A DNA stretch of 64,000 nt from Fimbriosthenelais zetlandica (taxonomy: Eukaryota). Shown here piece after piece: positions 11,001 through 24,200 of this stretch. The notes under the pieces were generated by a model. The model was not told where the DNA came from, did not search any database, and worked only from the letters and a program-made list of their open reading frames with translations. The stretch spans positions 25,172,001-25,236,000 of the forward strand of contig OZ365113.1 of NCBI GenBank assembly GCA_977030845.1, given 5' to 3'. The first letter of the stretch is position 1, and the number at the start of each line of letters is the position of its first letter. Made by a program: the position numbers and the translations under genes.

Positions 11001-14000
11001 ATTAATGTAGTCTAAAGTATGAAACCACCCCCAAAAAAATTCTTAAAAAAATAATGTAGTCTGACAAAAAATCCAATAAACCCCCAAACAAAAAATGTGG
11101 CCTGAATATTTTTGAGTTTTACATAATCTTGTCGGCGGAAATCCCGGAGACAGTGTTAAGAAAAGCATTTCTGAGAGCCATCAGTTGCCTCCATGGGGCA
11201 TGTTGATGATGTTCAGAGAACATGTCATGAGTGAGGGACCACACAGAGTGGGCATCCAGAGAGTGTGTATAGACCCTGATATCAGAAGTTAAAGATCCTG
11301 TTGCTGTTTGTGTGTGGGGGGGTGTGTAGGCCTTATAATATGTCCGGGAAGTGACAAAGGATTCTGTGTTAGAACGCGGTCAAAAAAGAATATTTCATTT
11401 GGAATTAACAGGAAAAAGTCACAACTATTGAAGTTGTCAACTTGATTGTGATAGAAAAATATTCATCTAGATGGGAACGTGAAGGGACAAGCTATAGCCA
11501 AGCTGCAGGGGTGGTCTGGTGTGAAAAGCATATAATTTGAAATTTCACTCATCAATTGTAAAAATAGGTACGGATTAAATTAAACACTTTTGCTCCAACT
11601 TGGCCAGGTTTGCAGGAACGGAAAGCAATACTATTTAATAGCTCGTCTCTTCAGAGAGACCATAAAGTAGGCATACAAAAAAAGATTGAAAAAAATTATA
11701 AAAGTTTCAATAATCTATAGGGCCTAGTGATTATGCATTTTAATGCGTCAAGAAATTACCCTGAAAGTTTCGAGAAATTACTATAAAATTACTCAAAGAG
11801 GAAACCTATACGGTGCCTCGCTTATATCAAGAAAATATAACGGAAATTAATTTACTTTGTCGGTGCCGTATTTGATGTTCACAGATATCATTAATTGGTC
11901 TATATTTTGACACTTTCAAATGTCACCTAAATCATCAAAAATTACACTGAATACAAGGAATGTATGAACGACATGCTAACTGAATCAGAAGAACACTGTA
12001 ATTGAACTTTACCAATTTACCAATTTAATAAAAGTGTGCCATATATTTTCATTACTGCATGGACAGTTTATTTTTAAAATGTTGCATTATTCTGCCTTGT
12101 TTTTAAAGTTGAGAAGGCCCTATATGACATATAGCCCTATGATATGGACCTTGTAGTGTCTCGGTCTGCGATGTGAACGACCTTGTTTGCAACTGTGTAT
12201 TTTGATATGGATGCCTGTAATTCAACACCAAAGCTATGTGCAGGGAATGCCATGTCCATTGTATAAACAAAGCAATTTATGCAGGCTCTTTGATCGAGTA
12301 GCCTTTGATAAAATTGCTGGGAAAGGGCTAAATCATCGTGATAGATGGTGCTATATAAGGTTATACCATAGAATATTGGGTCTCGGCTCAACAAAAGACA
12401 GGGGCTGTGCCCCTTCCATTGAGCATTTTAATATCTAGATGGATCAAATTCTTCATGACAGGATATGGGGTAGGTCGTGGGGTAAATTTGAATTACATAT
12501 TATGTACACGGATCCCAGCATGGGAATAATTTGACGGTTGAACTGCGCACGAAAAAAACAACAAGTTGTGCCTACAAGGTATAAACATCTCATGAAGTCA
12601 AAAATATTGTTTTTACTTGGAATTGTGTGTACGCTTAAATGTTAGGGAATTGGATTTGATGGCAAAATCGAGGGCTTATAAATCAAAATTGTAAAGTTTT
12701 TTTTTCAATTTGGTGAACAATAAGATCATAATTCTTAACTGTTGAAACCAGAAAACTGATAAACAGATTGTAGTCTACTGCATTTGCATATATCATTGTA
12801 CTTCCTAATTTCTCCAACTCATCTCCGTTCTTCCTCTCATCGCCCAACACCCACCGCCCCCTCCATCCCTCCCTTCCACCTCCTCCTCCCTCCCTCCCAT
12901 ATCTTTACCCCACCCCCACCCACCCCCGCCCCGCTAGCAGCAGCTGGAGCATGTAGACTACATGTATATAAACGCATGACGTTCAGCCGTCCTCCATCTC
13001 CCACTCCAGCCATTAGCCCTCGACCCTCGACAACTGTTTTCATTTATAACTCTATAAATCCACTTCCCCCTTCAGCCTCCATCACCGAACGCCAGGTGCC
13101 CGCGTCCAGCCCGACCATGTTCCCCTTCTTATGATGCGGATCAATTGAGACGAGAACGTGCGCCGACCAAATCATAGTACTCTACACATCCTCTGATTAC
13201 CCAAAACCAGGGAAGACTCTCAAGTCCAAAACAAGGGAAAAAGTAAACCCCACACTCCCCCATACATGTCCCCACGACACAAAGGTCGACTCACCCTCCC
13301 ACTGCCCCCGAAAGTCTTTCATTTCTTTTCAACGAACATGATAACTGGCATTCATCATTGGAAAATTGCCACTCTTTGAACTGACGCCCGCCCTATTAAA
13401 TGATCCGCTACATCTGTTGGTATCTTGCCCCTGGCCAGTATATAGGAGCCTACTGGGATTATTGAAGGTTGGAGGTGGGGGAGGGGAGTTCTGTCACTGG
13501 TTGGGGGTGATGGGTCCCATGTACAGCGATATGTCATATTCATTATCAGATTACCATGGTCTCTGAAAGATGGCTTGGCTGCTTGGAAGAAAGGAGGTCT
13601 AGGGAGGGGTAGGGGTGGGGAGGGTGGGTGGGTAGATGAAGGGGAAACCGACAAGGGAAGTATGGCTACATTATATAGCTTGAAATGTCACTGTTCAATC
13701 GTGAGAAAGTTGATTTTATCAGAGAGACTGCATTGACATTTCACTCATTTTACCATTAGAAAATCATGGCTTCACGTTTTGAAAATAGTATTTATTTCAT
13801 GATGCTCTCAGAAAACATACTTTTCGTACATATGCACATACTGCGCCATATATCATTTACATGGCAATAATGTTAACACAAGTTATCCTACCTCTATCAT
13901 CCATGCAGCCAAAATGCTTTCTGCAAGACTTTTAAGATGTCCACAGGTGTTGAAGAACGCAAGAGAGGGGCCGTGACAGGGCATTTGTCCAATACACATG

Positions 14001-14702
14001 TAGATAGGGCCCAGTGTCATTACCTTCTGTCTCATAGACTTGCCCCAGCCTGTAAAGATAAAATTTAAAGTTGAATTTTTCATGACAATCATGAATTATA
14101 GAGGAATATATTCATTATGTGATGCGTCCATCATATTAAATTCAAGTAAAACCTAAATTAGTGAACATCTCTGAAGAATTAATGATCCCAAGTTCTAAGT
14201 GATCATCTCTAATATTAGCCATACATGTAATAGACTAATCACTATCATAAACATCTATTGTAAAACCAGTGTTTTGCTTGTGATTATCTGAATTATTATT
14301 TTAGGAAAAATGTTTAAAATTGGTCGAATAAATGATTTTAAATAATCTTAAGAATTTTTGACCGGTAACAAGTCGGAGAACAAGGTTAACCCGAGGCACG
14401 ATTGTTAAATCTGACTATACATTCGGAGGTCTATTCCACCTGCAGCCTATCAGCGAATCAAAATTTTCTAATGGCTTCCCTGCTGGATCGATTTGCTGGC
14501 TTCATTTTGATGGAAGCCGGAGACGTGGAGGAAATTTGATGATATTCACTAAATGGTAACAGAAGACAGGACTAATTCCAGGCGAAACAAAACACTGGTG
14601 TAATAAATTAGTCCCATAGACCACTCGCTGATTGTTTCTTGTATATGGTTACTATCTAGTTTATCGTATATATAGGCAGTGCTAGGTATAATCTAAAACA
14701 TT

Positions 14703-14886
14703 NNNNNNNNNNNNNNNNNNNNNNNNNNNNNNNNNNNNNNNNNNNNNNNNNNNNNNNNNNNNNNNNNNNNNNNNNNNNNNNNNNNNNNNNNNNNNNNNNN
14801 NNNNNNNNNNNNNNNNNNNNNNNNNNNNNNNNNNNNNNNNNNNNNNNNNNNNNNNNNNNNNNNNNNNNNNNNNNNNNNNNNNNNNN
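14703..14886. other. Assembly gap (184 N)
   Basis: Run of N followed by tctctct, which suggests a collapsed CT repeat. Confidence 1.
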
Positions 14887-17800
14887 TCTCTCTTTCTGTA
14901 TGTCGCTCATGACCAGACCAGACAGCCGTCACATATTTGCATTATAACCCTCACATAAGAGGTCAATGTCCGACAAACCGACACCGAAGTGAACGTCCGC
15001 CTCGAATGTTTCCACTTCCCTTTCAAGCCTCGTTTCGGCTCCACCGGGCCTGTTATTTGGCAACTGTCTGTCGTCTACATCTAATTGTACTTGACGAGTG
15101 ATGTAATTTCATAGCGCCACAAATTTATTAGATGCTGCAACGTCAAAAACGATAAGCTTGTGGCCAGTTAGTTAGATTCCTTTGATTTAGTCACTTCTGG
15201 GCGAGCCTTTCCTCGATGATCTAAGGAAGAGTGGCTCCGAGCGGCTCATAACTACTGTCTAGCAGTAATCAAAACAGAAAGATCGCCAAGGTACCGAGTT
15301 AGACGCCTTGATGTGGCCAATGTATGCAAGATGTTCTGCTATAACTAGAACCAGATATTATGAGTACACAGAAATATGGACGGACATTAAATCTGGATGT
15401 TTTCAAACTTTATTTCGGGGATGAGTAAGAGGTGTGTACTCATACCTTGGTTTCCTCCTTGATGGTTCCACCAGATAGGGACATATATATTCTACTATAG
15501 CTTGTAGGACAAGTAATTGTTGATGGGACAAGTCGTGCACAATACAGGATCAACGGACATAAAACCACTGGTGACCACATTAGTTTTAATGATTCAATCA
15601 GAAATTAATATATTTTTATATCCTGTTTTCCTTCAGATAATTGAATCTTCAAGGCTTTGTTTGAGTTACGATTATGGCTCAGAGCTTAAACAATGTATAG
15701 GACAAATCGATATCGATTAAACTTCCAAAGTACCAACCGAATATATCCTAATTACAAAGCAAGTTTAATAATTTAATTTTTCCACGGAAGTTAGGGAAAT
15801 GATCATGCATGTTTCCACCTTCATAGAAATGGAATTCCCCTTTGTTAGTATAATATGAGAAAACATGTTCCACACAATGATTGCTTTAGAATTTCTAAAT
15901 GAATTATTATGGTTTATTATGTAACACGAGAAATCTCATGTGCACATAGAAAATAATGTCTGTCTATTGAAAGGGATAGTCAAGCTCTATATGCAATAGA
16001 AGCTTCAGTTTTGATATACTGTTTTGTCCCTCTTTAGTGTTGACAGACTACTTTGTATCCCCTTCTAGCTGTACATATTTACTTGTCATCACGATCTTAT
16101 TACAAATGATGAATTACATAATAATCCTCTCATTTCAATTATGATCATTATTCATATTAAACTTGAGATATGTATCTTATGCCATAAGCCTGAGGTGCAC
16201 ATGAAAAAAAGCTTGTTCCTGAAACTTCATACAAGTTCTTGTAGCTAGGGAGTATGAAACTTGAGGAACTAAATATTATAATTATGATCTTAGCCGAGGG
16301 GCATAGAATAATAAGTTATTTTAATATTACAGATCGGAGACATGTGTGGACAGAAGTATTAGTTTTAGTGTGTGGGATTTTCCCACCCTTCATGCTTGCC
16401 TCCAGACTTCAAAGGCAAATGCCTGCCCCTCCTACCCCCTACCAACCCTATGATTTATGAAATGTAAATCATGTTCGGTGTGTGTTTATGAAATGCTATA
16501 TGACATCTTATGGTTGTCTCACGAGCTCTAGGTGTTGTCATAAGCAGACCACAACCCTCCCATACCCTGCAGGGAAAAGCAACCAAAAGCCACCTCCTGA
16601 GAAGTTGACGATGCAAACGGCGGCCATGTTTGTTTGGTCTGGGCCCGTGTCACGGTTTATGAGCGCCGGTATTATGTTCATATTCAGAGTGCACGGAGCC
16701 TGGACTCGGGACAAAAAGTCAGTAATGGAATAGTGAATGATGGGTGTTCGTAATGACAGGGGGGCTGGGGTTGTCAGTGTAAAGTTTGAGTGTGATCATT
16801 GGAGTGAATCATAAACGTTAGCTTTCACAAGGCCATTAGTCATCCGCTTCGCTCATATATCAACTGTTGGTGGTGGAGGGGCGAGGATACAGCCATTGAG
16901 GTATATGAGAAGCAAGGTAGGGTTTCTCCCACCTTGATATTCCATACACCAGGTGAGAGACAATCTAAGATGACCAGGATGACTTCGGTATCTCCCAGGT
17001 AATAATTGGTGACCCACGCGAGGGATGAACCACCATTATACACTGAGTAGAGAGAGGCAGGGGGTGAGAAAAAAATATACCAGGAATGTATGCCTAATGT
17101 ACATACTTCAAATAGCTACATTAATACAGTATGGACCCATGATGATTATGAGAAAAACTCATCTGGAGAAGAAAATTTAATGGAATGAAAAGAATTGGAT
17201 TCACTGGTATAATGAATACAAGATGTCAACTGAAAGTAATTAAGGCAACATTTATAAGGTAATTTGGTACTTTCAAAGGCGCTTTTAATAATAAGATGAG
17301 CAACAGCAAATTCAGGCCGAGGAGGGTCCACTTTTTGGAGAATTGTTATCGCTAAAATACATGGAGTAAACTCATTTAGACCACAAGTCTTGACCTTCTT
17401 CCTTCTCACAGATCGTATCATCCCCTTTTCTTTTGACCAAAATCCCGGATCTACCCCTGAAATCTATGGATATTTTACTCTTTTCAAACTGACTAAAATC
17501 ATAATAGTCTTTGAAATGGGATGGGAGCAGTCGATATCAAGCATAATGGCACAGTATACCAGTGGCTTATACTAGCTGAGCCTGATAAGCAGAATTGCCG
17601 AGGCCCTGAAAATGTGTCCATGTATATTTCTCTCAAGGGATGTATACAGATAAGGTTATAGTTACCCCGAGTATAGGCACAATCCCTTATCTCTCCCCCC
17701 ACCAACCATCCATCACTCATGAATACCAATTATCATTTTCTAAGATTGACAAACGAGGCCGTCGCGATTATCTCCAACGCAATTAAACAGATCCTCTCTT

Positions 17801-20800
17801 CCCCGCTCACAAAAAGCCACACCCTTCCTTAGAGAGACACTTTTTAAGCAGCAAGATATGAAAGTTTGAAAATGACAACTGAATAACGTACTCCAAGAGG
17901 ACAACTTTGACATTATCTTTGCTCTTCTCCGTCTGAAACGGCGCCTCCTCCGCCAACTTCTATGATGGTGGCGCCACGTTGTAAACTGCTATCGCCTGGG
18001 ACCAACGTGTGCGGTAGATATAATGACATAATGCTCAAAATCCTCCAATTTTAAGGGTCAGAGAAGGACTAAATTACAAAAATATTTCCCCGACGGATGG
18101 TTTGTGGGCTCGCGTTGTGTGGTCTGCAAGAGTGGCACGTCTGAATGATATATATCATACGTCCACTCTACAGACCCTCAATATCACAACAAAACTGATA
18201 CCAAACCAAGCCACGAGTAACTCACATCTACTCACATCTACCTCTAACTCCCATCACTCATTCTCATCAACTCATTACCTTCTTTATTTTCTCCTCGCTC
18301 ATCTCTCTCCGTGGCAGATGGAATTAATTGCAATTGAGAGAAATCCGAACGGTATCTGATAGCCATATTGGTGCTGTCTTGAAACCTTGAAGGTTAGAGA
18401 ACAGAGTGAGCCCTCGGGCGATGAATGCTAGCCTCCTGAACTACAGTAAACCCTCCGTTAGTGAACACTTCCGATACAAGGGACACCTCAGAATAGTGAA
18501 CACTTTTGCGCTGTGCAATGTTTGTGAAATATAGTTCGCCGATGCAGCCCCGCATTTGAATAGGGGACACTTACTTTATATTTTGAGTGTCAAAATCTTC
18601 AGCATATGTTAGGTTTTAAGGTATTCCAAAAGAAAGCAGGCAGTGCCGTACTTCTTTGGAGGGAAACCGTAGAGGCAAAGTTTGCAGATTGGTATGTGGA
18701 GAGGGCTCTGGGAGGGGTTGAGGGCTGGCCCTCTGTCAGACGTTACACCCGTTCTCCATCCGTCAAGATGGCGGCCAAGGCCCTAATGTACTAATAGAAT
18801 AAAAACAGTGAAAAATGATTGTGCTCTGACAGGTTCGAGTGATTTAACCAAGCCGGTAACATATGCACGGTTTTTATCGACTCACACACTTGGTATAAGG
18901 TTGCCTATCGCCTCCTCCCGCCATAGCCGGTCTTTACCCCCATTATCGCTCAGATATATGGCGGCCACATGCGCCACTAGTGGCCGTGACATAAAACAAA
19001 TATCATATCACAAATGGTGGGAGGCCAAAAGTCGTCTGCTAGTCGTGACGTATAACTCAGGCCTATCACGTGACATGGCCCACGTGATCACCTCCAAAAT
19101 GGCCGCCCTGTGAGGCACTTCGGATGAAATTTATTGCATGTCAGACCTACTTCAGAGACCTATAGAGAGCTATTGATAAACAAACTTTCTGGTGTGATAT
19201 GGGAGAACTATTTACCTTCTGAAAGTTAGTACTTCTTTCTTCAGAATTTATCATTTGTCGAGGTTTTAAGTGTTCATTGTTAAGTGAGCTACGAGGAGCT
19301 ACTTTCCAAAGAAACTTGATGAAAATAGGCTCGCTTCTTTTGGGGGTGGAAAATGTTTGTTCTGAAACAGGAATAGGGAGGAATTTGAAATTTTGTCCAT
19401 GCCGGATAGAACTGTGGTCGTGATTGGAATTCCTCTCTGATGGAAGCAATCTTTGTGTACAAATATCGACTTCTTCTTGTCATCAGGAGTTAAGATGCAA
19501 TCAGAGGCCAGTTTCAAAAGAAAGTGTACGCATCATTAGTCAGTGTTATGTCTATAATAGACTAATAAAGTAGAGCTTTCTTGATTCCAATCATTCTGCA
19601 ATCATATTAATGGGAAAACTATTTTTCTATAAACAAAAAGACAAACTGATGCACAATATTTGCACACGTAGATCTATAGAGGCTTGAAATCAGTTCAAAT
19701 GAAAGACTTAACATTGACTTATAAAGTGTATCTTTCTTTCTCAACACTCAAAAAGACAAGTGGCAAACAATGCGACGACTGAAAACGCGTTAGCAATTGG
19801 CGACACAGTGTTGTGTTGCATTTATTGGCACAAATCGTGCGACTATAGGCAAATGAATGACATACACCCAACCGTCGACACAGGCTGGCGGGGGCCACCA
19901 TTTGTTTTATTGACGGACTTCCCAATATTCTCTGAGCAAATACACCATGAGAAGACACAGAGTGACATGGAAACGCCCGAGCGCCATTTTGGAGCTTTCC
20001 TGTCGATGACAGAGAGGGTGGCAGGAGCAGCAGCTTTTCCCCAATGCTCTAGCCGCTGGCAGAGAGAGACTGAGAGGGCCATCTAGCGTCAGATTTCGCC
20101 ATCATTCTGAAGTACAAGAGCAGAAAGACAGAGCCCTCTCTCATCCTCCTTCTCCTCCCACTCTTCAAATGCGACCGACTGGAAGATGCTCTGCCCTTTC
20201 TGCTGCCAAGATGTGGAATCTTATCAACATGGCACGGCTAAGACCACTCATCGCAAATACTACACTCTCAAAAAGAGACAGCTACACATAAAAAAAACCC
20301 AAACCTTGATCCTTGTCCATTGGAACAAGCGACCAGACGGCATCCCTATCCGCACCGATACATTCATGAAAGCTATAAACACAACAAAACAAAAAAAGAC
20401 AATAAACCAAGCTCTGTATTCCAATCGAGATATGAGAAGGTTAGAGAGGCACACTTCCTGAATGCAACATTGATTCCGGGGACTCTGGATGGCCCTTGTC
20501 GAGTCTCCGGGAGGGGAGGTAAAAAATGGGAGGAGGGGTGGATGAGCCTCTTCGCAGGGCCTGCGGTCCGGGTGGAGGGGGAGAAGCATGTCTTACTATG
20601 ACCTTAGATGTCCGTGATTCTTGTGATAATTGCCTTCTTTCTTCGAGGGACTGGTTCAGGAGAAAATGATGACCGTGAATCCATGGAGACATATCTAGCA
20701 GTTGTTAGGAAACCAACCCCCAGTTGCTCCCTTCCCCAAAAAGAAGATCAGCTCCGAGCACCTCTCTCTATATAAATAGACAAATTTATCCTAGAAGGAG

Positions 20801-21266
20801 AGAAAAAAGTCGAAAGGGAAGGACTTTTCAGAGCTCATTTGAAGCAATACAGTTGAATTTCACAATAGGGCCATAAGGGAAACCATTCAACTCGTTTATG
20901 ATTGTGAACATTATCTAAGTATCAACATTACCTTTGCTCTAATATGATGAAGCAAAGGTTGGTTTGATTACACTTTTATTTCTGACCGTTACATTTGTTT
21001 ATTCCTGGTCACTGGTCTATGGAATATTTGATTAAGAGATGGGTTTCTTTGGCTCTCGAAATCAGGGACTGGAGGCAAAAAGAAGAGCGCCTGGGGCGGC
21101 ACTGGCAGGGTAGCTTTATAAGCACCGAGTTCAGTAATCTCTACTCCGAGCCAACACTAGAACCAAAGACTCAGTGCCCCGAAATATGTAAACAAAATAA
21201 TATTCCCAAACTGGCGAAAAGTTAATTGAAGCAAGGGGTTACGTTACTAGAGCGGGCAAATTGCAT

Positions 21267-21280
21267 GCGCCCTCTGGTGG
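21267..21280 (-). promoter_or_regulatory. Canonical CTCF core motif CCACCAGAGGGCGC
   Basis: Exact match to the CCASYAGRKGGCRS consensus on the - strand. Binding is inferred, not shown. Confidence 0.55.
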
Positions 21281-24200
21281 AGATCATGTGAACTAACTCT
21301 CCAGCACGTCATCACGGATGTAACCCCGCGCAGGCGCAGCTGGGCTGGTCATTTTAAACCAATTATCCTATCAAATTCGGCAGCAGGACACTTTAAAGTT
21401 GACCCCGCTTTCAATAAATATGGCCGGCTCGCCTTACCTCTGGGGGTCTGGAGGGGACACACCCTGGAGGCCTTCCTTCTATATGCTCTCCTCCATCCAT
21501 GGCTAGCTGCTGCTCAGAGCAGCTCACATGGTATGAGGGTTACTAAAAATACAGTAACAGCTCACTTAATGAGGAAATTTGGGAAATTTATTCAGAAATT
21601 AATCAGAGATTTATTTGAGTGACAACAATTTGACGCCTTGATGACACCCCTACCCATTCCGATACGCCCCTGATATAAACATTATGTAAAATGAACCATA
21701 TTTTATGCTTCAAAATTAAGCTGGAACAATTATCAATCTATAGTGTTAAACACTGAGGGACTAAAAATATGGTGCCTATAATTGACTCTTGTATTCACTT
21801 ACTGAAATACCTTTAAGTTCCTCATCTCCTTTTCTTTAATTGTGTGTAACAAATGTTCACATGAATCTTCTCTGCGCATGCTCGTGCGCATGGCCTATAC
21901 ATCTAATCCACCCCTCCCCTATCACCCCCGCTTTCCCTCCGCCATGAGTCTATACTGAGTCTTTCTCCTCACCAGCAGTAACTATTAAAAGCCCCCTTTG
22001 GTCAAATGTCACATCTTTCACGTCGCTTCATTGTTGATTTTGGTCTGTCGGTCTCTCGTAATTCCATCAGCGGTGGAAGGCGATCGACGTTTAACACAAA
22101 GTCGGAAAATATATTCCAACCGGAAGTGCCGGCTCCGACTGCGAGGCCATCTGGCGATGATAAAATGCACGTGCGCTCGTTGGAGACGCAGCGACGTGAA
22201 CATGGTACTTCCTGTATAGAAAGTCAATGAAGGACGCTACAGGCTGTCCTTATTTCAGCTCACGAACAAGGAGAAGGAATTGACTAAATCTGCCGGTAAG
22301 ACTCATCATTTGGGTCGTCAAGTCTTGTTCGATTGTCATGACCATCGGACAGGGCGGCTTTGAAGAGTTTATTTGTTCAGAAAGCTGCTTCTAATTCGCC
22401 TATCGGCTGGAGACAGGTCATGCTAATTGTCATGTGTGGGGAGAAGGCTTTGGCCCGGGGAGATATTTTATTGGTATAAACAAGCTGAACGTGCTTGGAA
22501 TATTCAATATCAATCAGGCTTAAACATATACATGTTCTTTAATTTCAATGCACTAAGCGAAACAGCTTGCAAGCCATTCCCGACTCTAATGGCTGGAACA
22601 GACTGTGAATGACTCTGATTGCTTGAGTTTTTCTTTACAAGTGACTTCAGATTAAAATTGCCAGCATTCTAGAGCACAATGATTGGATCAATCGTGTTGC
22701 AGAGAGCTGCAGATGTCATGTGTTCGCTCTCAGCTAGTGCAAAGAGAAGGGTGAGTCTATAAAGAGTCGCCTGTGCCAAGCGCGCGACACCAAACGCTCT
22801 GGTTTGTTCAAGACTTAAAATAAAGGCCAAACTTAGACCATTGACTCACAATTCCTGTCTCTCACAAGTCTCACAGAGTGAAGGAACTTTCAGTTGTTTC
22901 CCAAACCAAACCCTTATTCTTCGTCATTCCTTCCTTCTTAAGGCATTAGCATAGACAATTTGTGAATGATATTAAGCGGTCCTTAATGGGGTATATTACA
23001 CTGTTCTCTCATTTCATCTCCCAGTCACACAACCCGTGTTCGATTTCATTCCACGCAATCCTGATTGCCAACCGATGGCCCTCGGCTAACCTTTGATCTC
23101 GGTCCCCCATTTGTAACTCATCTAATTAGATATTCAATAATCACAACAAATATAAACAAGTATGGCGGTTTATTCATGGGGCGAGGTGGGCGGTCAGGGG
23201 CGGTCTCCCTGTACCTCTCTCCTACCATGGCGTAACAAGATGGCGGCCTTTTTGATGTATATGCGCGCATGCGTGACAGGTGCAAGCTGAATATGTTGGA
23301 GGCATTTAGTAAACGTTGCAAATGTCAACGGACATTTTACCAATCAAGGGTTACAGACACAAAAATACCGCCACAGACTCCGCCATTGTTTTATACCTTA
23401 TGAAATGTTTCAGTTTGAAAAGTAAAACAAACTGCTTACCTGTGACATACGTGCCTACTTGTAATTCAGTAAAGCCATTAGCTACTGCCATTATTGTCCA
23501 TTTATAACCTGGCTCGGCATTGTACAGCATTCGATCTCCACAACTGGAATACTAACAGCCTATGATATATTCCACTGTTTGTGGTCAGAAGTATACATGT
23601 AAATGAACTGGTCAACGTTCTCCTCTTCCTGAGATATACCCGAGAAATTTCACACTGGATCAGATTTATAAATCCTCCTCCTCTACCGGTTGTGCCCGTA
23701 TCTTTCAGTATTGGGCCTAGCATTGGAGTCTATGTCATTATGTGTTATTGGGTTAATCTGAATGACTTGGCTCGATTATAAATAAATGTGATTGTTTTGA
23801 TCTCTCAGGACTCCTATATATAGACCTATGGTTATACCCTCTCCCACATTGAAAAACTCTCAGATACCGTATAGTAACTACATTCTTATACTTCCTGAAT
23901 GGACAGGAGTAGCCAGCTGTGGCGAAATGAGATGACGTAATAGCATAATTGTAGTTACTCAATATAAACCAAGAGAAAAAAATCATGACCTCTCAACTTG
24001 GAAATTAAAATACAGTAAAATATAATTGTATATATTGTTTAAAGTTAATTCTGCGATTTTGTGTTGAAGGAAAATCGAGAATTGTCAAACTTTGAGAATG
24101 CTTGGGGAATTGAACTGGGGACAGTCAAATACATAATCCTTGGCATTAGCCTATTGGCAATATTTGTCACATGTTTGGCAATGTTAAAACCCAAAGGAGG

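Noticed and set aside
18831-18840. GGTTCGAGT, resembling a tRNA B-box
   Set aside because: No cloverleaf or A-box; the flanks do not fit a tRNA or SINE head.
20186-20700. Fragments suggestive of a decayed retroelement (LCPFCCQDVESYQH; GPCRVSGRGGKKWEEGW resembling a broken zinc knuckle)
   Set aside because: The two readings are in different frames and point to different element classes; key Cys/His residues are missing, and there are no RT, integrase or LTR signals. A repeat-library or TBLASTX search is needed.
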